A stretch of 64,000 nt of DNA from Anaeramoeba ignava BMAN (lineage: Eukaryota; Protista; Anaeramoebae): the NCBI GenBank assembly GCA_028826165.1, contig JAPDFW010000001.1:41355-105354 (forward strand), given 5' to 3'. The translations under genes and the position numbers were made by a program. Positions within the stretch are counted from its first letter, which is position 1. The number at the start of each line of letters is the position of its first letter. Shown here one piece after another: positions 48,820 to 60,226 of this stretch. Under the pieces are notes generated by a model. That model was not told where the DNA came from and ran no database searches. It saw nothing but the letters and a program-made list of their open reading frames with translations.

Positions 48820-49185
48820 TTAAAAAAAAAATAAAAAAAAATAAAAAAAATGAAAAAATGAAAATGAAAAAATGAAAAAATAAAAAAAATAAAAAAATAA
48901 AAAAATAAAAATATGGTTCTGATTTTTTTTTTGATTAGAAATTTTAATGACGAATCAATTTTTATTTTTGAAATTTGTTCTGAAAAATAAAAAATAAATA
49001 AAAAAATTTGTGATCAATAAAAGATCAATTTTTATTTATTTTTTTATTTTTATTAAAAAAAGAAAAATAAAAAGAGGGGTTTGTTTTCTGGCAAAAAAGA
49101 TTAATAAAAAATTTTAAAACAAAAATCCAAAAAATAAATTTTTCATTTTTTTCATTTTTTTCTTCTTTTTTTTCTTCATTTTTTT

Positions 49186-52100
49186 ATGAATACAACTACT
49201 CAAAAAATTATTAATAATTTAATTATAAGAATTACTCCAGAAAAAGGAAATCCAACAAGCCAATCAATTTCTAGACTTGAAACTTATTTAAAAAATGAAA
49301 AGAATCGAGATTTTAGTAAAAAAAAAAAAGGCAAATTTTAATTGTTTTATTAAAATTAAATTTTTTTGTGTTTTTCTTTTTTATAAAAAAAAAGTTTATA
49401 GAAAATTAATTGAAAGAAGTAAATTAAACAAAAAAGGCATTACTTTGAAAGTTTTTGAATTGATTCAAAAGTTTATTAGTCATTATCAACCAAGCAATGA
49501 AGTTATAAATCAAATATCAGATTTTTGTTTAAAAATAAGTCAAAATCCAAAAAATAATTTATTAATTGAAGTAAAATTTCAATTTAAAAAAATTCAATTT
49601 AAAAATTTCAATTTAAAAAATTTCAATTTAAAAATTTCAATTTAAAAAAATTCAATTTAAAAAAATACAATTTAAAAATTTTAAAGAAAGCTCAAAACGT
49701 TACTTCAATTTTGGATAATATTACTCACAAAAATATTCCTAAAAAACAAGAATTAAATTTCACCACAAATTTTCTTCCTTTTAAATTTGATTCTTTTAAT
49801 GCTTTCGAAAAAAAACAAGTTCCTTCTTTAATTTTCGCTCCATACTTTTCAGGACAATTTCGATTGGAATCAATAAATGATAACAAATCCAAAAAGAAAT
49901 CCATGTCACTCAAATCAAAAAAGGTTATTCAAGCAAAATTAGGAGATTCAATCCAAACAAAACTAACGGAAATCCAAAAATTCAAAGCAAATCAATTGAA
50001 CGAACAAAAACAGAAGATGAAAATGTTTCAAAAAAGAAAATACAAAATGTTTGTTTATAAAAACTATGTTGAACAAGATTTACTAATTTTGCCAGAAGAA
50101 GATTATAAAATGATACTTGATTGCGTTGTCAACTCAAGAAACCAAGAAGCACGAATTATTGCGTCGAGATTATACATCAAGATTGTTATGGATTGCTTTA
50201 AGATCCATGATTTCGAATCCGTTTTAAATTCCTTTATCGTGTTTTTGGAGTTACTGAATTCCAAAATACAAGAAAACAAAAAATTTGCTTTTGATCTTCT
50301 TCTAAATCTTGCCATTCATTCAAATATATATTCAGAGGCGTGTAAAGTTCCGTTTAAAAACAATCCAGAACTGAAAAGTAATTTGGAAAATTCAAACAAG
50401 AGAAATTCGCAAGAAGTGAAAAACACAAACATGAACAATGTAGAAAATATAATAAAAAATTTGTTCCATTTATTGAACCAAATGATACTAATTCTGGCAA
50501 CGAAAAACGAAAAAAACAAAACCATCTGGACTTATGCTCTTAAATCCTTTCTTTTTTTCACGTTTTCTCAAGGCAAATGCGATCCGGATAAAATTAAGAT
50601 TGTGCATCCCCAAGTTCTTTTGAGTCTTTATAATCATTCATTCAATCAAAGCGATTCGATTCAACGTGTTTTAATCCAGATCATTATGAACAAAATTTAT
50701 ACAAAATACATCTTCGATCATCCTCTTTTTGATCGTTATTTCGGAGTGAATTTCCTTTTTGATACATTAAGAGATTCTCGTTCTTTTGAGATTAGAGAGA
50801 ACATGTTTTTCGTATTGTTTGATATTTTGGCAAGTGATTTAAGCTCCGAATTCAAATTATTGGATCAGAACTTGATCTCTTTATTTTATCAACTTTTGAT
50901 TCATTTGCATTTCCCTCATGTGTTACCCCAATTACTCAAATATTCTTCAGAGGATACGAATCGATATTTAATAGAATTCATTGTTGCTCAAAAGAAGAAT
51001 CCACAAATCGGGAAAATTATTGAATCAATACCAAGCAAAATTATAGAATTATTTTTTAAACGAGTGAATTATTACATCATCAAATATGGAAAAGTATTTA
51101 TATATAAATATATATTTAAATTTAAAAATATTTAAATTCAAATTTATATTTATTTTAGTATGAACTTGAATTCCAAAATTTTACTGGAAATTTTTCTCAA
51201 TTTGAAAGAATTCTGGAAACTTTATTGAATTCATCAGATTTAGATAACAGAAATAATGGACAAGTAAATTTATAATTGAAGGAAAACAAAAACAAAAACA
51301 AAAACAAAACCAAAACCAAAACCAAAAACAAAAATTATTTCTTTTTTTTTAGAAATGGCTTTCAGATTTAATTATTAAGGATAAATATATTTTCAAATTG
51401 AATATTCAAAAAGTTGAAAAAAAAGGAATGAAAAAAATCAAAAAGAAATCACCTTATTTAAATTTATTTTTTGAATTAAGTACATCAAGTAATCAAAATA
51501 CACGTTATTCATATTTAGTAATATCAGAACAATTACTTCAAGCATTAAAAGGATCGATGGTATCAAAAATGAAAATGAAAATTAAAATCAAAAATTAAAA
51601 TTAAAATCAAAATCAAAATTAAAATTAAAATGAAAATTAAAATTAAAATTAAAATCAAAATCAAAATCAAAATTAAAATTAAAATCAAAATTAAAATATT
51701 TATAAAAAAATATTTATAAAAAAATCAAAATTTAGGTTTCAAAAAAACATTCTGATACTTGGAAACCTGGATCAAGAATCGCTTCTTTTTTAAATTTATT
51801 ACTTATTCAAATTGTCCATAATTATGAAACAAATACTAGAAATATTCTTAAAATGCTGGATTTAATTTTTCTTATTCTTGGATTTGATTTGCCTTCTGTT
51901 CCAACATTTCCTATTGAAAATAATGAACCTGATAATATTTATTTAAGATTTTTAAATGGAAAAATAACCATTCCAAATGATTTACTTGAACCAATATCTA
52001 TTCAGTAAATTATTTTATGAAGAAAAAAAAAATTCAAATTGAAAATTCAACTTAAAAATTTCATTTTAAATTTTTAAAAGAATTTTAAAGCACATTTTCC

Positions 52101-52435
52101 AAAATTTACCAGATACAAAAAATTTAATTCATGCAAAATCATCTTGTTTATTTCTTATATCACAAAAATGTATTCAAAACCCAAAAAATTTGGAAGTTGT
52201 TGGAGGAGAACCATTTTTTAAAGTATTATCAGTTGGAAATAATTCATTAATTGCTTATCAATCTTCAAAATTTCTTGTTGAATATTTCAAACTTAAACAT
52301 GCAGATAAATATAATAAAATATTAATCAAAATATCAAAGAAAAAAGAAAAAAATCCAAAAAATATTAAAAATGCTTATTTTTTATTTCTTGAAATTGAAA
52401 AAATTTTATCAAATTTAAAACGTTCCAAAAAATAA
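49186..52435 (+). CDS. Conserved uncharacterised alpha-helical protein (multi-exon)
   Basis: Spliceable exons from MNTTTQKII to ...LKRSKK*. Motifs ARIIASRLYIKIVMD, AFDLLLNLAIH and VGGEPFF...IAYQSSKFL...KY...NAY recall plant At3g12590-type proteins (from memory). Confidence 0.7.
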
Positions 52436-52637
52436 TCTTATTGTTTTGTTCTTGTTTTTGTTGTTTTTTCAAATGACGTCAATTCAAATCTTAGTTGAAA
52501 ATTAAAAGCAGAAAAGGGAATCTCTATTTTTTTTTTTAAATGATGTCATTCATTAATTAACAATTTGATTAAAAAGAAACAAAAAAATTATTTTTCATTT
52601 TTTTCATTTTTCATTTTAATTTATTTGAATAATAAAA

Positions 52638-55206
52638 ATGATTAGAGAAATTGTTATAAAAAAAAGATATGCAGATCTTCCTCTTCAATTTGAAGAACTT
52701 CCTAGTGAAATGTTACTTGAAGTTTTTTCTTATTTATCAGCTGAAGAAAGATATAGACTATCACTTACAAACAAAGAGTAAATTAAAATTTAAAATCAAT
52801 TTAAAATTTAAAATCAATATTTAAATCAAAATTAAAATTAAAATTAAAATTGAAATCAAAATTAAAATCAAAATTTAAAATTTAAAATTAAAATCAAAAT
52901 CAAAATCAAAATCAAAATCAAAATTAAAATCAAAATTTAAATTAAAATTTAAAATTAAAATTAAAATCAAAATTAAAATCAAAATCAAAATCAAAATCAA
53001 AATTAAAATTAAAATTAAAATCAATTTAAATTTAAAATTCAAAATTAAAAATAAAAATCAAAATCAAAATCAAAATCAAAATCAAAATTAAAATCAAAAT
53101 TTAAAATCAAAATAAAAATTAAAATCAAAATTAAAATTAAAATTAAAATTAAAATCAAAATTAAAATATTTAAAAATATTTAAAAAAATTTAAATGAAAA
53201 GGTTCTTTTGGTTCGCTTTTGATCCTTCTCTATGGAGAAAATACTCTATAACATTTCCACAACAAGAAACTAACTCACAAAAAAAAATTCGATCATTACT
53301 TAAAAGATTCACATTTACAAAAGATTTAAAACTCAATAATTTAATTTCAGAAGAAATTTTTGGAATAATTCTTGAATCTCTTCCAATTTCATTAAAAAGT
53401 CTTGAAACATTAAGAATATATCAAGATTATCGTCAAGATTTAGAAATCAATCCATTTTTACACTTTTTTTCCAAACAAACTCAAATCAAAAAGCTTAATT
53501 TTCATAACTGTTCTTTTAATACAAAATATTCACCAAATATTTTCAATTTTGGATTGGAAAAAATATCAATATTTGCATCAGGTGGATCTTCATGGTTTCA
53601 CTTTTCTTCATCTGAAAAATTTTATCAAAAAACCTCAAATCTCAAATCATTAAAAGTTACAAAACAAATCATAAAAAGTATTTCGGAAGAATTTTGCAAA
53701 AATGCAAAATCACTTGAAGTTTTATCACTCAAAATGCATTCAAATTCTTATTATAGATTTGAGATTTCTCCACTTAGTTTGCCAAAAAACTTCCAAGATT
53801 TATCAAATTTGAGGAAAATTAGACTTGAAATTACTGAATCACCTTTACCTAATGGATTGTTAGAATTGATTATTCTTTTCCCCAAATTGGAAGAGCTTTA
53901 TTTAAGACACAACAATATTAGTTCTTTGTTGGATAAATCAATTTATCAAAATCTATTTGATCATCCTTTAAGAAAACTAACTTTGAAATACCAAAATATT
54001 GTTAATTTGGATTTTGGATTTATTCGACACTTTAACAAACTAAAACATTTGAGTTTATCTCATAATAGAATCTCATCTTTTCAAGATGTTATCAAAGAAG
54101 AAACTTTCCCTTTAATTACTCATCTCAATCTTGGATTCAATGATATTAAAAATTCCGATTTCAGAATCATTTTACTCAGTTTTCCTAACTTGAAATTCCT
54201 TAATGTTGCTGGCAATTTAATAACAATTATAACTGAAATCAATCGATTGAAAAATTTGAGAAAAATTTCTTTTGGATTCGATAAATGCTCGAAATATTTT
54301 GAGCGGCAAGTGTTTCAATGCTCTAAATTAAAGAGTATTAGATGTGATTATGGAATATATAAAGTTATTCCAAATGGATTGGTTGAACTTCAGCAAATTG
54401 AGGTTTTGATGATTAGAATGCATAATTTTGTACAATTTCCAAGAGATACTGAAAAATTGAAAAATTTGAAATTTCTTGATTTAAGTTGGAATCAAATTAT
54501 TTTAATTCCTGAAGATTTATATCAATTAAAGTATTTGGAGTCTTTGATTCTTCATCATAATAAAATCAAAGTAATAAATCCAAAAATAGAGAATTTGAAA
54601 AGTTTAATTCGTTTAGAAATTGATCACAAGTAAGGAAAATTAAATATAAAATTATTTATTAAATTAAATATAAAATTATTTATAAAATTATTTATAAAAT
54701 TATTTATAAAATTATTTATAAAATTATTTATAAAATTATTTATAAAATTATTTATAAAATTATTTATAAAATTATTAATAAAATTATTTATTAAATTAAA
54801 TATAAAATTATTTATAAAATTATTTATTAAATTAAATATCTTTTAAAATACTTTTAGTTTAATTGATACTTGGCCTCAAGAATTTTTTCATTTAACTCAA
54901 TTAAAATTCCTTCATATTAATTTAACCCAAAAAGAACTCGATCCAAGATTTTATTCATTTGTTAATTTACGATATTTTTTGATTTTTGGATCTCCTTATT
55001 ATCTTGATAGAAATCTTTCAACATCATTTCCAAAATTAAAAAATGATAATAACAATTTGAAATCAAGATTTAGTCAAAGAGAAAATTATTGGGAAAAAAT
55101 TTGGTTACAACCTCATAGAGATCCAATTACAACCAGTAAATTATCACACAGAAAACGAGAAATGAATTTACATCAAGCTTCTTATTATTATCATTATTAT
55201 TATTAG
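52638..55206 (+). CDS. F-box / leucine-rich repeat protein
   Basis: F-box FEELPSEMLLEVFSYLS...LSLTNKE|FFWFAFDPSLWR; LRRs LEELYLRHNNI, LKHLSLSHNRI, LKFLDLSWNQI. Confidence 0.88.
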
Positions 55207-55401
55207 AATTTTTGATTTTTGATTTTTGATTTTATTTTCTTAAATTTCATTGTTTTCTGGCAAATATTAAAAAAGTTTAATGAAAAAAAAACAAAAACAT
55301 TGAAGATCATTTAAAAGAAAAAAAATTTTTTTTTGTTCCATTTTTTCATTCCACTTTTTTTTGTTTTTTTTTCTTTTTATTCCAAAAAAAAAAAATCAAA
55401 A

Positions 55402-56691
55402 ATGAAAGAAATTGAAGAAGAATTTTCTTCAAATGATTTTGATTCAAATGATTCTGATTCAAGTGAAAAAGAAATAAAATATAAAAAAACAAAACAACTT
55501 CCAATTTTATCATTTAAAAGTGAAGAAAATTGTAAATTAAAAATTGAAATGAAAAATTTAAATTAAAAATCGAAAATTTAAATTAAAAAAGTATCAAATT
55601 TGCATAAAGAACCTTCTCAAATGTTATTCAAACAAATTCAAAAAGTTTCAATAATTCCTTCAAATGTAATTCTCAAAAGTAATTCAACAAGTTCATTATT
55701 TGTTGATCACACGTTAATTTCTCCAATTCCAAAAATAATTATTGAAGGAATTTCTCAAGCTTTATTTTTTCAAATTGGAAAAGAAGAAAATATAAAAGAA
55801 GAATTTGAAATTTTTGAAGAACCAATTAATTGGAGAAAAGTAAGAAAAAAAAAGCAAAAAAATTTTAAGATTTTTTTTTTGACATTTTTTTTTCTTTTTA
55901 GAAAAATCCAAATTTAAAAGAATTGAGAACTTTTATCGAAAATATTCAATCTTCAGCTGAAGTAAGAAATTTTTATTTTAAAAATTAACCCAAAATATTT
56001 CAAAAAAAAATTGAGAAAAAAAATTTTAAAATGATTTTTCAAGTTGCCTTCTGAAGTTCTTATTATTTCCTTAATTTACATTGAAAGATTAATTAAAAAA
56101 ACAGGAATCAAACTAAATAAATTTAATTGGAGGAAAATTGTTTTATCAAGTTTATTATTATCTCTTAAAGGTATAAATTAAAAAAAAATTAAAACAAATT
56201 AAACAATTTTGAAAAGAAATAAATTTTGAAAAGTGGATTTTTTTTTTATTTTATTATTTTCAAGTTTGGGATGATTTTTCAGTTTGGAATATTGATTGGA
56301 TTGAAATGTTTCCTGAAATTTCAATTCAAGAAATGAATGAACTTGAAAAAAAATTTCTTGAATTCATTTCTTATCAAGTTTTAGTTTCAGGAAATACTTA
56401 TGCAAAATATTTTTTTGAAATTGAATCCTTATGTTATTTATTAAACAGAAAAGATGTAATTAAACCGTTAGATAAAGATTCTCAACAAGAAATTGAAGTA
56501 AATAATTTTTTTTTTGGAACAAAAATTGAGGAAAAAAAAATTTTTTTTTTCTTGTTTTTTAGGAAAGAGCAAAAAATATTCCTTTTATTGAAGAAAATGA
56601 TCCAAATTTAAGAGGGATTCGATCATTTGGAAGTGATTCTGATTTTATTTTTAGGAAAACATTTTATCCAGCAAATATTAAAAAAGTTTAA
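55402..56691 (+). CDS. Cyclin Y-like protein (multi-exon)
   Basis: KSNSTSSLF; LIYIERL...NWRKIVLSSLLLSLK|VWDDFSVWNID; MNELEKKFLEFISYQVLVSGNTYAKYFF. Confidence 0.9.
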
Positions 56692-56982
56692 AAGAAAAAG
56701 AAAAAAATTTTTTTTTCAAATTTTTTTTTCATTTTTTTTCATTCAGATTTTTGGTTTGTTTCATTTTTTTTTTAAAATGAAATCAAATTAAATCAAATTA
56801 AAACAAAACCTTTTTTTTTTCTTTTAATTAGGTTAATTAATTTTGATTTGATTCAAAAGTCTGAAAAATTTAAATTGAAAACATCTGACTTTTCATTTAA
56901 AGAATTAAAATGAAGAGCTCGTTCCGTTTTCAGATATTATTTTAATTTTAATTTATTTTTTAAAAAGAAAAAAAAAAATGAA

Positions 56983-59929
56983 CTATTTCTTTTCATTTTC
57001 ATTTTCATTTTCATTTTCATTTTCATTTTCATTTTCTTTTGTTCCACTTTTTTTTGATTTTCTTTTTGATTTTTTTCTTTTCATTTTTTGATTTTTATCT
57101 CTAAGAAAAGCTCTTTTATTAATCCATTTTGGAACAAGAAAAGAAACAATAATTGTTAAAATAGCCAATAAAAAATTGAAAAAGAAAGAGAAGTAATAAT
57201 TAAATGGGAATTTTGCATTGTTTGTCATTGACCATGAAAATAAAGATCCTGCCACTATTTTTTATTTTAAATTTTTAATTTAAATTTGATTTTTAATTTT
57301 GTTATAAATGTTTACAAGTTGGACCAAATGCTCTAAAAAAAGCTGAAAAAGTTTGTCCAATTCCATTTATTCCTCCAATTCTATTTTGATTTATTTTAAA
57401 TTTTGATTTTAATTTTGATTTTAATTTTGATTTTGATTTTGATTTTTATTTTAAATTTTTATTTTAATTTTAATTTTGATTTTTTTCAATTTCAATTTTG
57501 ATTTTGATTTTGATTTTAATTTTAATTTTGATTTTAATTTTAATTTTAATTTTAATTTTAATTTTGATATTGATTTTAATTTTAATTTTCTAATTGATTT
57601 GTGTTATAAAAATAAACCTGGATGGTTTTGCACTATTATTAATCAATAAAAATGTGCTTGAATAAGTTAAACTTTCAAATAAAGAACGAACAACCATTGT
57701 TGACAAATAAAAAGTCCATGCAGCTTTTGAACCAAATTTGATATAAACTGGATTAATAAAAGGAAAAATAAGAAAAACTAAAGAAGCTGAACCAACACCA
57801 ATTCTATAAACATTTAAAGGTGAAAGATGTTTTGCCATTTTTGGATAAAGAATAATTTGAAAAAATAAAAAAGATCCACTAGAAACTGATGATCCTGTTG
57901 CAAGATTATTTGGTTGAAATTCAAGTCCTCCATCTTTTTTGTCTTGGAAAAGTAATAATGGAACAATTGTATCAAAAACTATAAAAGTGAATCTATTTTT
58001 TTGATTTGAAATTTTTCCAATTTTTTGATTTGAAATTTTTTGATTTGAAATTTTTTGATAAATAAAACTAACGCAATTAATCCATAAAGAAGACAAACTA
58101 AAAAAATATATTTATGTGATTTTAAAAAAGTTCCAAAACTTTTTTTTCCATCATCTTTAAAGTTTTTATCAAATATTTGATAATTTAATTCATCCAATTC
58201 ATCTTTAAATTTTGAAATTTTAAATTTTTGAATTTTTGAAATAAATAAAATAGATTATTACCATCTTTTTTATCAAATTTTCTATCATTTTCATATTCAT
58301 ATTCATTTTCAGATTCATCTTCTGAAATTGAACTTGGATATAATTTATTATTTGATTTTTTATCTAATTTTTTTTTTGATTTTGGGAAATTTTTTGTAAA
58401 TGATATTTCAGCCCAATCATTTTCATTTTGACTTTCATAATAATTTTCTTCTTGATGATTTTTATTTAAAAAATCTATATCAGAAACAGAAGTAAAATTT
58501 TCAAATTCAATTTCTTCAAATTCATCCATTGAAATTATTTCATCATTTAAATTATTTGGAGAACAAATTAAAAAATTTGGATCAAGAACTAAATTTGAAA
58601 GTATTTTATTTTCTTTTGGAATTTCAAAATTTTTATCAGACATTAATCCACAACTAAATAATGGTCTTTTTCTTTTCAATGTTTCTTTCAAAAATAAAAT
58701 ATTAGAAATAAAACCAATAATTGAAATTCCAGCACAAATTCCATTTGGAAGAAAATAAGGATATTCATCTAAAAAACTTCCTTTTTTCACATCTAATTCA
58801 ACAGTATATCCTCCTAACATTGGTCCTCCAACTTTTTATTATTAAAATTTAACATTTATTATTTTGAATTTTGAATTTTAAATTTAAAATCATTTTATTT
58901 GATTTTTGATTTTGAATTTGATTTTGAATTTGATTTTTTTTTGAATTTTGATTTTAATTTTGATTTTGATTTTGATTTTGATTTTGATTTTGATTTTAAT
59001 TTTAAATTTAATTTTGATTTTTGATTTTGATTTTGATTTTGATTTTGATTTTAAATTTAATTTTGATTTTTGATTTTGATTTTGATTTTGATTTTGATTT
59101 GATTTTGAATTTTGAATTTGAATTTGAATTTGAATTTGATTTTGATTTTGATTTTAATTTTAAATTTAATTTTGATTTTGATTTTGATTTTGATTTTTGA
59201 TTTTAATTTTGATTTTGATTTTAAATTTGAATTTGATTTTTTCAATACCATTCCCAATTCCAATTGAAAATCCAACAACTGACATACAAAGTGCTTGATT
59301 TCCTGAACTACATATTTCATTTAACATTGTCTAATTTTTATTTAAATAATCAATAAATAATTAATAAATCCATTTTTTTTTGGAAATTAAATACTTTTGC
59401 AATTCCAATATTTCCTATTTAATTATTTATTTAATTATTTATTATTAAAATAAATGAATAAATGAATAAATCATTAAAATAAATAAATCAATAAATAAAA
59501 ATACCATATAAAAGACCTGATAAACCTTTTGTTAAAAAAACCCACCAAATATTAAAAGTAAATCCAAATAAAAAATTTGTAATAGCTAAAGTAAGATTTC
59601 CAAATATCATAATTTTCCTTCTTCCAATTTTATCAGAAAGAATTCCAAAAAAGAAAGCTTTTGATTTTGTTTTTAAAATTTAATCAATTCAATCAAAATT
59701 TTTTTTACTTTTTTAAAAATAAATTATAATTATAAAATCAATAAATACAACTAAATATTTGACAAATATGATAAGTTGAGATCAATAAACCAGCTAAATA
59801 ACCAACTTGCTTTTTGGAATCTGTGACATGAAATGATTCAATTAAAAAGGGAATATAAGGGTTTGGTTGAGTAAATCCAAGAGCATCAGTTACAACTGAA
59901 AATGCAATAATAAAAACTTGACCCCACAT
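56983..59929 (-). CDS. MFS transporter (ZIFL/YCR023C-like), tandem paralog 1
   Basis: PYIPFLI, VGYLAGLL, FGILSDKIGRRKIM (motif A), GNIGIAK, GPMLGG, YPYFLP, GGLEF, RAFGP. Confidence 0.88.
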
Positions 59930-60226
59930 TTAAAAATCAATTTAAAAATCAATTCAAAAATCAATTTAAAAAAGAAAAATTTTCTTTTTAGGTTTTTAGT
60001 TATAATCCTAAATATAAAAATTTAATTCTAATTTGTTTCTATTTTATAAAAGAAAAGAGGAGAAAAAAAGAGAAAAATGAAAAATGAAAAATGAAAAATG
60101 AAAAATGATCTTTTTGGACTTAAATTGATTTAAATTTTTCAACAAAAAAAATTTTTTTTTCTTTTTTTCTTTTATTTTCAAATTTAAAAAAAAAATATTT
60201 TTATTCAAAAAAATAATCCTTTTTCT

